Source: Setoptus koraiensis (taxonomy: Eukaryota; Animalia; Arthropoda). Taken from it: a stretch of 64,000 nt of DNA. The stretch is from NCBI GenBank assembly GCA_048013815.1, contig CM106586.1, positions 22,506,001 through 22,570,000 of the forward strand, read 5' to 3'. A program made the position numbers and the translations under genes. The stretch's first letter is position 1. Each line of letters opens with the position of its first letter. Under the pieces are notes generated by a model that saw nothing but the letters and a program-made list of their open reading frames with translations, was not told where the DNA came from and searched no databases. Positions 1 through 13,475 of the stretch are shown here, piece by piece.

Positions 1-1734
1 AAAGATTTGATATTCAACAAAACAAAACAAGTCAATGTGTTCATAATAGATTGGTCGTCCTGCTCTAAGCCATTGATTCCGGGCGATTATCCCCGTTCTG
101 CGGCATGCACACACATTATCGGCGATCAGGTGGCACAATTTGTCAACAGATTAATTCGTGCAACAAACGCCAGACCGGAACAAATTGAATTCGTGGGTCA
201 CTCGCTGGGCTCTCATATATCGGGCTTTGTGGGCAAGAACATCGAGGGAGATTTGGGTCGTATCACTGCCCTAGATCCGGCCGGCCCGTGTTTTGGTATG
301 ATCAGTGCCACAAGCGACAATATGAGATTGAGCCGAGGCGATGCGTTAATTGTCACCGCATTGCACACGAACGCCTTCATATTTGGCATCAACGAAAATC
401 TCGCCGATTTTGACATCTACATCAATGGTGGCGATTCGCAACCTGGCTGCCCATCGATAAAACAGTCATTCGCTGAATTGCTAACGCTTCAATTGGTATC
501 GTTCGTCAAAGATTTCTCACTCACGTGCTCACATTCCTACTCGCACGATCTAATTACGCCAGATCTGGGCCAGTGCCAATCTGTGGCCTACCGATGTTCG
601 TCCTATCGTTTGTTCAGGCTGGGCGAGTGTGGTCAGTGCGATCAAGAAAACGAAAATTGTCATCTGTCCTCACTAACGATTCAATCGGACAATGTGCGCT
701 ATTATATGGCACCGGAAGAGCTTAGTTTGTTGCAGAGGCGCCGCCATCAATCAGTGGGACAGAACAATTGCACCGACACTGTTGACAACTCGGACAACAA
801 CATCGACAATGCCGACGATTCGCAAGATGCCGATCTAAGTGAGGAATTCGAAGAATATGACCTAGTTGGACAACAGCAACAACAACAACAACAGCAAGAT
901 GGCAGAGGCAACAACAATTCGGACAGCGGACAACAATCTCCGGGTCGGCCACTAGAGAATGACCGCAACGAGCGCAAAGAGCACCGGTATTACGTGAGAA
1001 CAACCTCTGATAGTCCGTATTGTTGTAAGTATGAATAGTCTTAATGGGCCACGCTTAAATGTAATGGCCACGTCATGCAACAATTACATAACTGATAATT
1101 ACATTATGCCAATTACTGTTCATCATTATACTGTACTGTCGTCACCATAACAGTGTATCACTACCAAATTATTATAGAACTGAAGGAGAGGATGACTCGC
1201 CACAATAAACCAATATATCACGTTGAGCTCATAAAGGAAGACACGAAAGCCACAAGTGATAATGGTGCGCATGACGATGGTGATGATGAAAATTTTAAGT
1301 CACGTATTGTGCAAGTGAAACATTTGGTTTCGTCGTGCTTTAGAAAAGAAAATTTATTTGGCGATCATGATGAAGCCATGACCGCATTGATTACATTCCC
1401 CTATGCTGATGCAAATTCAACAGACGAACAAACTTTGGCCTGTCCGATAAAATTCCAACAAATTAGATTGTTTACAGACGACAAAAGCCAACTGACTAAA
1501 GTGAAACAAGTTAAAATTAACTACATGAGCAGTATAGATTATGACACACGCCAATCTCTATCAAGTGTCTATCCTGTGCCCAAAGATCAATCACCTAGGA
1601 AAAGGAAACGTTCCACGGCGTCGTGGTCGCTCGGATTGTGCGCACAAAGCTTGCTGTCGCCATCTAATCAGGATGGATGCTACAGCGAGCAGCGTGAGAC
1701 CTTCTATGAAATGAGTTTGCATGCTCAACAATAA
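1..1734 (+). CDS. Pancreatic/lipoprotein-lipase family triacylglycerol lipase, 5' end outside window; exons <1-1024 and 1154-1734
   Basis: GHSLG nucleophile motif, ITALDPAGP (catalytic Asp) and CSHS (catalytic His). Intron 1025-1153 (GTAAGT...CAG, phase 1) restores the typical PYC-L-YHYQI junction into the C-terminal domain. Confidence 0.9.
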
Positions 1735-2420
1735 TCATTATGATGATATCCGCTTTCATTCGAAATGCCTGAAATGAAATAAAAGATCGACACTTCATTA
1801 ATTGTACCCTTCACTATTCTGTTTTTTCTGTCATCGCTCGTCATTCCAGATTGTCGTTTAACTAAAACTCGAGATAACAATAAACGCTCGCTTAGGTGCC
1901 AGAGAATTTGAATTATAGAAAATTGCGAAACCATTATGCTGAATAAAAAGTGACAGTTGTATCTCGCTCTCTATTGATTGATGACGACACTATGCAAATA
2001 GAGCTGTACAAGTTGAGTGACAAAAGTTTCTATTAGCTCTTATATTATATCGATACAGGTACTCTCTATTTCATACAGCACAATTCTAGAATGAACCAAC
2101 TTTGTACATGGGGCGATTACGTCATCTCAATTGAGTGTTAATGTCAAACCTATCACCTATTCAGATAGATTGGAAATTTTTCTCTCCAGCTAGTACTATT
2201 GTTGTCACTAATACAAATGTACAGACACACAGGTTCGTTTAGTATTAGCATATTGAATCAAAGGGCCACACACGTTTTCATCAAATCAATTGATGCAAAT
2301 TAATCAATCACATCGTCACGACAAATCAACAGCTCCATTATAAAGACATTGCTAACAAAAACGGAGAAGCCATTAATTAAGGATAAATTGAATGAAGTCA
2401 TCAATAACTAGCTTTCAGAC

Positions 2421-3298
2421 ATGTCAGACAAGATCGTAATGGTAAATTTCTATGCAACAGTGTTGATATTTAGCGTGATCTTTGGGCTAGACACCAACTC
2501 GATAGAGGCCAGAGAAATAGTAAGTAAGGCAATCTCCATGGAGATTGCAAATTTTTATTCTAATGAATCAGTTGTAGTATTTGATATTAATTGATTGAAA
2601 ATTATTCGAAAAATCGTATCATTCAGGACGCTCTCCTCGTGCAGCCGTTCGCTGACTCTTTCAAGAGCCTTTTGAGCACTGTAACAACCGGAAGTAAGCT
2701 AGAGATTAATTTCAGCGCTCCCGACATGGCAAAAAATCTGATATCATTGAGCTGGCAAACGGGATTTCCTTTGACAATGCCTAGTAATTTGGGCGAAAAA
2801 TCTACCCTATTTTTGCAACAATTGAAAGACAGAATAAACGCGGCCCCTATCGAGGACATACCGAGACGCGGCATCGAAGGCATGAGGAATGATACAAATG
2901 CTATTGTTGACGCAATAGTTGACGAAATCAGACGCAGTCCGGACGGACTTTATACTGATCTCACTCAGACAATGGTCAATGGTAGACCATTGCAAGACGC
3001 AATGGTGAGCTTGGGTCAGCAAATGAAAGCGTTCGGTGGCGATCTTCGATACTATCAGAACATAGCCAAACAGGTGTTAGGTTTACCTATTTTGCCTGAT
3101 GTTGCATCGGTATTTGTTGGTGTGACCGACAGAATTCCCGACAGTCTGTCAGTGAATCAAATGAGCAACAACCTAATGTCGGTGCCATCAAATCTGGCCG
3201 GAACAGTACAATCGGCCACCTCCATGTCCATGAACGCGATAAACAGTTTGCCAGGATTTTCCTCAGTGTCAAGCCTGATAACAGCACCGGCCAGCTAA
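2421..3298 (+). CDS. Secreted protein of unknown function, about 256 aa; exons 2421-2519 and 2627-3298
   Basis: ATG 2421 gives MSDKIVMVNFYATVLIFSVIFGLDTNSIEAREI, a signal-peptide-like sequence. GTAAGT donor at 2520 and TTCAG acceptor ending at 2626 are both phase 0 and join it to the long ORF 2591-3298. Confidence 0.75.
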
Positions 3299-6200
3299 TG
3301 CGGAAAACAATGAATATTGCACACTGGAACTGGAATGTGTTTTATGTTAATTAATATTACCAGGATACTCTGGATAAAATTTGCAGTGGTGAATAGTTGT
3401 CGAGTACTAGCCAAGTGATAGTAGAAACAGCAACACAACAATAATTGTAGCGAATGCGAGAGTGACAGCGATAACAAGACATCAATAAAAGAATTAATTG
3501 ACATTGCTCTTCCGGTAACGATCTTTAACTTTTCAACGAAGTATTGTGCCTATCATGCTGACAGGTTTCGGATTCACATATCATGTACAATCTGTCCATG
3601 GTAGACAGACAAAATTAGAATGGCAATTAACTGTGTCATGTCAACAGTAAAATTGAACCGGCAAAGCTTAGATCAAGTTAGCTTGTTACATACAAATTGG
3701 ACGGATTAATTACAATTATACATCTTGTGCGACTCTCTGTACAGTGTTAGTAGCAGCCGTTGAGTAGTGCTCACACACGATAAAACAATGGACAAAAACA
3801 CAACAGCAACCATTACACAATATACTAATGTCATGATAGTTGATGTTAACAGCAGTTGCTTGAGACAGTCCGACAGTGTATATTGTTATGGTTGTGCGGT
3901 TGAATTGCATCACTCGCTCGCTCGCTCACTCAATTGCTCACTCAATCGGCTCGTCTAGGTCGACAGAGCCGATTTAATTGGCCTGATTGGACTGATCGCA
4001 TAAACGCAGACAAGAACAAGCAAGCATTGTACTTATATCGTAATCATTGGAAAAATTGGCTTCGTTGAAACGGCTGTTGTTAGAGCGAAGAAAAAAAGTG
4101 TGGCCAGAGTGGTAAAGCCATTTTTGATAAAATGGCATCTCCCGCTCTTGCTATTCTAATAAAAATCAAAATCATACCTGTCAGTGTGTCTGCAGCGATG
4201 ATTTTTGCCCCGTTAGGATTAGGTGCGGCTCTCTCCCCTCAGATAATTTGTTGTTGTTGCTGTTGTCAGTTGGTGTAATTACTCTTTGTTTATATTTATA
4301 TATATATATATATATATGATGCAACTGAAACTTAAAAATATACAAATATGACAAGCAGCTGACACAAAAAGAAAATTTGCCTTCGTTCGAGTACAAGGTC
4401 GCTAGATTTGAGATTGCTCGCATTAAACTGCATATCAAGTTTTCCATGAATGCGGTATAATAGGCAACAATAGCAAATAGTAGGCAAGAGAATATTTTTT
4501 GCAAAAGTAACTTGTATACATATCAATCAAGACATGATAGTCAGGCTGGGCACAGGTTGAGTTGTCACACATGGTCGTCATTGGTTACTCTGTCACCGTT
4601 ATATGATATTAGGAGGTGTTGATCGTTGCGTTTGTGTTCGTGTAAGTGTGTGTGTGTGTCGCGATGTAAATGTCGGGCCATTGACCGATGAGGAGTCGGC
4701 CTATCGGAACGGTGTAGGCAACCATTGAGACCGTGAGCCAGTTATGGCGACTTTATCTAGTAAGTTTGAGCGGCAGTATTACGACGATAACGGGTATGCC
4801 ACGATGATGTCTGAATTGAAATTAGCAATTTTGCTTGTTTCCTCGCCGAGTTACCGCTCTCTCTCTCTCCCTCTCTCACACACACTCTCTGGCCGTTGTT
4901 AGTTACCAACACAAACAATATATCACTACATTACATAAGTCGCACTTTGTATTATGTGGGTCGTGTCCAGGCTGCCATATCGAATGGCTGCCGCTCGACA
5001 GGCTCACTTGCAGTCGACCCAGAGAGAGAGAGAGAGAGAGAGAGAGATACACACTCTCCCGACTGGCTCATTAGCATGCCTCGGTTGGCTCGGCATGTAT
5101 TGTTGTTGTTAGAACGATGATAGCGGCTAACAGGATGAGACTTGCACAATGGGAGGAGAAGCGTAATCTTCTTAGCAGCAGCATTTCAAAGAGAGATCCT
5201 TTACAGGGAGAACAACAATGGCGACATCAACGGCGACACACAAACAGTCAGACCGACACATAGTTGGCACCATTGCCAAATAATAGTCACCGCTACTGAC
5301 CATTGGCTGGCTGGCTGACTGACTTGATTGACCAACATTTCCACTAAACAAGAGAGAAAGAGAGAGAGAGAGAGAGAGGGAAAAATATTTGGCAAGACCA
5401 AATATAGACACTAACGCCACTGTGACTAGCATATCATTGCTGGCGGCAAGTAGAAGTTTGCCTGAATATAATTATGTTTCAAATAAACACACCACAGCGA
5501 AGGGGTTAGACGCGTCTAAATAAATACTTGCTACACGCTTTCATTACACAATCAATAGTATAGTGAAAGTTTGATATTTTCTAGCAGCGGCAGCTGGCCA
5601 TACAAATGAGATATACGTATTAATAAGCACAGTTAAACACAACTCGATTAACTTGACTGATTAATGGTGACCTTTTACGCGAATCGTGCACAATCACTCA
5701 CACATCTCCGCTTTGTGTGCCGATGAAAATGATGATAAGCCAGCATTGGTCAGTCAGCTAACACATCCTGGCATTGTGTTGCAAGCCAGTTACACCATAC
5801 AAGTGGAAAAACTAGCCAACAACAACAACAACAAGTGACGGCGGATGGATACGACACAGCAATTAAGAGAGCGAAGAGCTTCTCTCAGAGTCGTGACTGC
5901 ATCAATATATCACGACTGAGAATTGTCGCACATCGCAGCCCAGCGGCACTTTTCTACACCTACATTTATACATCCATACAAACATTCAGTCACTGGTATG
6001 CAGCCAAGCTAGCAGTAACCGGTGAAATATTGGTATGCCCCGTTGGCACATTTGGCCATTTTTGTCTTGATTGTTCGTTGCATGGCAACTGCGAATCATG
6101 GATCATAATACTAATCAGCCATCGCAAACATAGAGAGAGAGAGAGAGAGAGAGGGTCAGCGGTGAGGGCAAGACGTAACTAATGAATTCATCAAGCCGAA

Positions 6201-9200
6201 TGCACAATACAGCGCGGTGCACAATATTTGTCGAGTTGAGCCAAAAAGGAAGCTCTGATACATGAGTGCACGGATAAATGAATACATGAGAGCACGAATA
6301 CATGAATATACATGAATAGATGGATACATGGAACATTATCGGATTATCTCCTCCTCATTGTCAACTCGCTCATGCATGCCCATTGACAGGCAAATCTGGC
6401 TTTACTCGACGGAGCCTTGATGGAATAAAATCATTAAAGGGTGTTTAATGTTGTGTCTGATCAACGTATGATGATATCAAAGTAGTGGCGGCTCAGAAAA
6501 CTCAAAGTGGCTCAAAAAGATTAGATTATAGTTGTACTTGTATTTGGGAATATAATGGTAGTGGTAACATTATTATTTATAGCAGGCGACTAGGAGATTC
6601 CATTCCATTCCATTGTCTTGGAAATCGTTGTTTAAATTTAGATCAGAGCATAACGTATTCTTATTATTAGGTGCACATATCAATAGCAACCATTGAGCAC
6701 ACACACATTCGGCACAAACAATAAATATCTTGTTAAGAACATGAGAAAAATTACTCTAGTTTCTTTCTTACTTCCAACAACTTGCTTCAAACGCATCATT
6801 GTGCCAACCAACAAATGGTCTGCATTTGGATATAGCTCAAATAGGCATCTATCATAATCCATGATCGGATGGTTGAATTCTGGATAAAGATATGCTCTCT
6901 GAAAGTGGCGTCATTGCAAAATCGTTGCTTACGCTTGCTGTTATTGTCGCTTGTATCAATTTAACATCATCCAATGGTTGGCAAGATCTGCAATCATATG
7001 GATAGATACAATTTCTGTGCCAGCAACAGTTTCAACAGAGTGGATAGAAATCAGTCTAGAGTGAAAGCTGTTTACAGTTAGAGTAACCTTGATATCTTGA
7101 GTTTTCTTAGAAGAAAACTAATCATGGTAGTCACAGTAAGCTGCATATGTCTCAATCAAAGTTGTTACAGTTACTTTGGCCTGCCACCCTCAACAAGGAT
7201 TCAACAAGAATTCAGAGATGGCGTGTCATGCTGAATAATCCACATCAACGATGCTCATTACCAGCAAACAACGTTATACAAGCCCCATGAACATGGCTGG
7301 CATCGCTAATTATTGACCAACGTTCTCAGAGTTACCAAACAGATAACTCAACTTTGTGTACTAAAGTGGTTGCCATCGTAAGAAATTCTCTTTCGCCAGG
7401 CAGGCTTCACACCACCATGAACATTGATTAGATTAGTTTTGTCCATCAACGACATTATAACACTAATGTAATATTATAATTAACTAACGAAGGGCTTATT
7501 TTAGACAGCACAATAGTCTTTTGTTTGATTGTGTGATCAGTTGAGTGTATCAACTAAACAATTGATCACCTCTGGGTGCTCGACCTGTTGCGCCAACGTT
7601 GCACACACACACACACACACACACATGACATGGCCATTGGGTGACGAGCCCAGTCGAAAAATTGTCAGCTATGAGCTTGTAGTAATTAGACCGTAACTCA
7701 TGATCGTAACTCTGGCTTGTGATCGTGCCAGTTTTTTCTAGAGTAGCGGCTTTCATTGCAAGTATAAGTGACTTTGTGTGTTACTGTATGTGAATCGTGA
7801 GAGTGAGAGACTTCACGAAGATGATGTCAAACAAAATAAAATATAGCTTGAACTCATTACACTCTCTGGCAGTCGCTTTCTCATCGTTTCGCTTGTCCTA
7901 TCTGCCATCAAAGACGGGCGAACCCATTACTGATTAATTGATTGTCGCTATAATAATAGGCTAATTACTACTGAACTCGCTTGGATCTAATTGCCATATC
8001 TTCTCTTTTCTCATTTTATATAAATGCAAATATATTTTCTGATGTCTAAGTGAGTGATTCATTGACATGCCATTAAAATAATAACACACACACACACACA
8101 CAATAATATTCGTCTGAGAATACAAGACAGTTACAGTAAACAACTAATGGCACTAACCTTTCAGCTGCTGTTTCTGCTACCAACTTTTTTTGCACAGACC
8201 AATATTTTTATTGTCGTCGTTGAGTGTATATTTCATGGTAACACTGTCAAAGTGAGTCAGCAACCGCTCATTTCTTTCATTCGATCCATCTATCCATCGA
8301 ATGAAACAGGCTGTCCCACTAACAACTGAAAGACTCTCAGCAGTCGTTCGTTTTGTCAGTTCGTTTGAGCTGTTTAGTCAACAATAGTGTTGTTGTTGCC
8401 ATCTCGAATATTTAATGTACATGTCCACTGTGTATGTTTGTGTCTGTGATCATGATGCCAAGCACCATAACTGACGTAAGATGGTGATGTATAGGACTCA
8501 CAAGTATACGACAACGTTGCCTAAGTAATTTTGCATCATCAATGTTAGCACAGTGTGTTTGTGTGTCAGTGTGAACGAATTTGATTCGAAAACACATTTA
8601 CTTTGATGTGTATCATTATTGCCCCCCCCCCCAACCAACCAATCAGTGTTAGATGTAAAAAGACATGATTCTCTGAGTGGTTGCTTGGTTGACGAGAGTG
8701 CGCCATCCCTATTAGACACAGAATATCAGACAGTTAGTCGCATGATCTGAGCGAGTGAAAACTACTATTTTACAATTAAACAAGAGAATGTTACAGCTCT
8801 CATTATATTGAGCACATATTCACACCACAATTCATCTGGAGCATCCTAGGCCTAGAATTGTGAGAGTCACTGTCACTATTACCTGAAAATGACCAATAGA
8901 CCATTTAATTTTAGTTCTCGGCAGCCTACAAACTAGTAACAGTGGTAGTAGCAGCAGTAGTAAAGTAGATCACGATTGTTGTTGGAACGATTTAATTTTA
9001 GATGTGAGCGCAAGCATGCGGGCCTGCGTCGCCTATTAACGAGACCTCCTAGTAGTAGCAGCAGTTGTAGTTGATGCAGACTATTGCATCATCAGTAGAT
9101 TGCGTGACAAACTAACAGACAATGGTGAGCATAAGCGGTGGCCTATCAATAAGATGCTTCAACATTACAATCTAACTACCGTTGGCTCGTCGAGAATCTC

Positions 9201-9553
9201 TCTACTTCAAGTATAATGAGTTAGAGAACATTATTCAGAGCGTAGGTATCTAGCTGAGATGATTGAATATGCCAGTGACTTGCGACCTCTAAGTGTAACA
9301 AATCCCAGCAAAAGCTGAATCAATCAAAAGCATTCCGAGGGAATATTTAGGAGCAAGCGATGTTCTCACAAAGATATTGGCTTATTTCAAATTCAACTCG
9401 GAAAACAATCATAGATACCCTGCTGTTGTTGACGATTCACTTATTCTAGACAAACAACTGGTAAAAAAAAGCACAACGATATTGTGTTACTCGCACTGTC
9501 TGTGTGAAGGTGATATTCAAGAGGAGAGAAAAAGCTCTTTCCACGGCACTTAC

Positions 9554-9672
9554 CTTGCTAACGGTCCGGATCTTTTCATGCGGTGAGCGAGAATATGCTC
9601 AACTTGACTAGCGTCTCCCGTTCTCGAAGCCTCCAATAACAATTGATCTTTTCCAACTTTGTCTTTGGTCAT
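9554..9672 (-). CDS. ANKS1: First coding exon of an ANKS1-like ankyrin/SAM/PTB protein; downstream exons not found in window
   Basis: Manual translation gives MTKDKVGKDQLLLEASRTGDASQVEHILAHRMKRSGPLA(S). This matches the ANKS1 N-terminus as I recall it (MGKDQELLEAARxG..VEKIL..R.KRSGPLAS). It is followed by a perfect AG/GTAAGT donor (phase 2). Not present in the ORF track. Confidence 0.75.
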
Positions 9673-12095
9673 TGTGCCGGCCGCTGTGCGTTGATGATCT
9701 TTTTCGCTTGGTATAATTGTTTTATAGAGCTGGGAGTAGTGTTATCACAATATTATTGAGTGTGGTGAGCTTGAGTATATAATATCTATCTATGATGATG
9801 ATGATGATGATGATGATGACGATGCTGAAGATGATGATGATAATGTCGATGATGTATGGATGTGTAATGATGTTGAGCTGCAATAGTTTGCAATAGTAAA
9901 TTTGAATTTTTGTGTTGGCGCCCGTCGCACTTGGCGCGACGGTCTAGTGTGGAAGCTGGCGAGTAAATTGGCGGCCTCCCTGGCGCGTTTCTAACTGCAA
10001 TCGCTAGAGGTAATGTTGTTATGAGAGGTTAATTGTGAATTCAAACTATTCTTTTAATTCATTGGGCGATCTTTCGTAGTTATGTGTCTGTGTGCTACTG
10101 ATTGGGAATTTCCGCTTATTGCACTCTGTTGTCCAGCTGTCAGTCATGTCTATCTGGGCTACTAGGATATCATCATTGCGGCAATCAGGCCGTTTGATTG
10201 GGGCCAGAAGTGATTGTTCGCTAGATAATGTGTTACTGCCAGTGGTGTGTGGTTGTTGGTGTGGTTGTTGCAGTTGGGCGCGATAGATAGTGAATAGCGA
10301 GAGCGTGCATAGTGATGGCGAGAAATGTTCCTCGGGCTCTCGCAAAGTGTCGCTTCGGAACCAACTCTTTGAACTCTTGGAACTCTTGGAACTCTTGGAA
10401 CTCTTGGAACTGTTTGAAGTCGCAAATTGGCCCTCTGACACTCACCAGAGAATAGCTGGCATAATTGTTGCGCGTTCCTGTGGGAGAATCTCTCGTTTTT
10501 CGACTGTGAAATCTGTGTGTCTGTTGTCTAATAATTATAACGACGATTTAATAATTATCACAAAAGCACAATAATGATAATAATAACAATGATGATACTA
10601 AATGTGTTGCCGTTGATGGTGATGTATTGCACTGAAGCGTGTCGTTATTACGTTATGTTGCCGACTGACTATTGTTTTGCTGTATTGTTGTTGCCGCTGC
10701 TGCTGCTGCTGCTATATAGCATAGATAATATGATGATGATATGATGATGATATTTTCACAACTGGACTACGATTCTCCATGCTCTTCCTATTACTCACAG
10801 ATGATATCATACAAATATGGATATCACCAATGCAAGCGTTTTGTCAAGACGTTAGTGTTATCTGATCGCTATTGTTGCTATTGTGATGGCAGGCGGCGGC
10901 AGAGGCGGCAGCGGAGGCGACAGCGGCAGCATCATTGGCTGGCTGCTGCATCAATTACACAACTAACTAATAATGACGATAATTATAATTGTGCTGATAT
11001 GTTCGTGTAAATAATATTCTTCTCTCTTCTTTATGTAAATATAATATCTTTCTTCATGTGGATGATAATAGAAAATAATAATAATAATTCTCTTGTTCGT
11101 CAGCTAAACGGAAAACACAGTATAATGGGCACAGAATAGAATGATCTCCACAAAATTCCACACTAGCTCGTGTTGACCAGCCAGCGTTGCAAGAAATGTT
11201 CGATTTTCGAACTCTTGCGTCTTGCTAACAACATGATGCAAGGATGTTATGAATTGTTATTATTCTGCGTGCACTTTAGTTCGAAACATCATGTCGATGT
11301 GTGTGTGCTGCTGCTCTCAAGTCAGCAGCTCAACGAGCTTCATCGAACAGTCTACGACTGTACACACGGGGGGAGGGGGAGGGGGAGGCTTGGCAGTGAG
11401 CGCTCGCGGGGGACGCGTTCAGGCATACACAATGCGAAAGACACAGTGCAGCGAACAATCCCATCACTGATTGCTCCATACACTTGAACATGTTGCAAAA
11501 CTAATGCACACACTGAACTTGTGCACTCCAGTTAGCCAAGACACAAGCTGGACACATCTGCGATTGCGCAGACTCTGTGGCGCCGCTTATGAACACCAAA
11601 AACAAGCTTACAAAACAGCTGGCAAGACCAATAGCAACCAACTTGCTATTTGGCTACATTCTCATCGTTTGCGTAATCTCTGTGCAAGCGCGCACACACA
11701 CACACAGGCCTCTCGAGACTCGAGTTGCCTGTGCACTCTCCGCACACAGTACCACTACCAATATCGAGCAGGGGGTGTAATCGGCCAAGTTGCGCCCTAC
11801 TTGCTTGTGTTCGTGCCCCCATTCACATGTGGATATCTATCCACTATTCACAGTGCATTTTTCAAATTTTCGCGCTACGCGTCTCATGGCCATCTGAACT
11901 GTGCACATCGAGCACATACGGTCCGTATGATACGGACCGATTTAGAGAAACCGAGTGCACAAACAAGCGACCAAACCACGCACAAACTGAATTTTCAGAT
12001 TTGTATGTAAATAGAGGCCCCTATTAGAGGTGCCCATTCACATATCCGAACCTAGACCAGTGACAACCCAATACCAAGCAGGCCACCATAAAAGA

Positions 12096-12422
12096 ATGAC
12101 TGAAGCCATACCGAGAGAATTCCACAGCCTAAGGGCCTGCCTTCTGTGTCACCTCATCAAACAAGCAGATCAATTCGAGAGAAATGGATGCGAAAATTGC
12201 GAACAATACCTGGGCATGAGGCACAACAGGGACGTTGTTTTCTCTTGTACCACACAAAATTTTGACGGTATGATAGCCATGTGTCATCCAGAGGACAGCT
12301 GGGTCGCAAGATGGCAAAGGATAAGCAGGAGGACCAAGGGCATGTACGCTATCGTTGTGTCAGGCAAACTGCCCAGCGGAATCGTACGCGATCTCAGAAG
12401 TATGGGCGTGACAGAGAAATGA
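12096..12422 (+). CDS. SPT4: Transcription elongation factor SPT4, intronless, 108 aa
   Basis: LRACLLC...GCENC zinc ribbon, CTTQNFDGMIA, SWVARWQRI and YAIVVSGKLP motifs. The first ATG is 12096; the ORF track starts at an upstream GTG. Confidence 0.95.
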   Translation: MTEAIPREFHSLRACLLCHLIKQADQFERNGCENCEQYLGMRHNRDVVFSCTTQNFDGMIAMCHPEDSWVARWQRISRRTKGMYAIVVSGKLPSGIVRDLRSMGVTEK

Positions 12423-12560
12423 CATCATCATGATAATACTGTGATCAAATAGTACAATTCATGTCCAACTACCATATTCATTATTATTAAACATATAGAC
12501 TGCTTTCTAAATTTGTACATATTTCTTTATTTTCAGATTATTCAATTTTTTTGCTATTGC

Positions 12561-12929
12561 CTAGTATACATGCACCATACCGTAGAGGAATGTCCAAAAT
12601 AATATATATGTAAAGAGACCATCAAATATTCCATTGGTTAATAGTATTTGCCTTTGTGTAAAATATTTGGTCCAATCGTTGAAGCCGGCTTTGTACAATA
12701 TCATTAGCCACAATATGAGGGCTGATAGGAAATAGAAAACGAAACCGTTGATACCTGTGAGTCCTATTATGCCTGCACATGAGCCAGACAGACATGATAC
12801 AAATGTTTTGCAGTATTCCACGGCTGAGAAATTGTGACGAATGGCATGGTCTGAAAATGCTACTAGTGGTGTCAATCTATCCGTTACTTTAGCTTGCTCT
12901 TGTTTTACTTCTGTTTCGGTACCGGTCAT
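12561..12929 (-). CDS. EMC6: ER membrane protein complex subunit 6, intronless
   Basis: AIRHNFSAVEYCKTFVSCLSGSCAGIIGLTG...GLFTYILFWTFLYGMVHVY, typical of EMC6/TMEM93. Confidence 0.95.
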   Translation of the reverse strand: MTGTETEVKQEQAKVTDRLTPLVAFSDHAIRHNFSAVEYCKTFVSCLSGSCAGIIGLTGINGFVFYFLSALILWLMILYKAGFNDWTKYFTQRQILLTNGIFDGLFTYILFWTFLYGMVHVY

Positions 12930-13475
12930 GGTAATAATTAATTGTTAGTGTTACCGAAGGTAAAAAATATACTCTAAATGTACAATCTAGATAGCTAGTC
13001 TAATAGAAGTGAGCTTGTTATTACTATGACTAGTGAGGCGATGATGTTATCGATACTGCTAGATCAGTACAGTATTGCTTTTATCATTTGTTATTTAGTT
13101 TAATCCCAGCAGATGCTCCTGTAACACTAACTGCCAGCACTGCAAATAGAAAGTACGATAGCGCCGCCCTTGCGGATTTTTGTTGAACCCTTTGTAGAGT
13201 CATTGGAATAACACAGTACAGCGGGTGACGTAAGGTAAAACCAACGCAGGTCACCTATCATGCACACCGACACACTCGGACAATTAAACTGATATCGTCT
13301 GAATTAACCGTCGTTTCCATCCGCATATAAACAACTTATTGGTGAACGGTTGTGAGTTATATCATGATTACCTATGATCCATACAATCCCAATCCTATCA
13401 TTAGCTGTTGGGTTAGTAATAAACTTATTCTTAAATATCACCAAGTGATGATCAGATGAGATCTGATTTGAGAAA

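Noticed and set aside
10046-10441. 131-aa minus-strand ORF with SKS repeats upstream of the ANKS1 exon
   Set aside because: The SKS run derives from a 9-nt tandem repeat. There is no strong in-phase donor to the ANKS1 exon, and a GTGAG donor at 10445 suggests it is intronic or UTR.
11170-12027. ORFs of 100-179 aa upstream of SPT4
   Set aside because: Low-complexity and no motifs; more likely promoter/UTR between the divergent ANKS1 and SPT4 genes.
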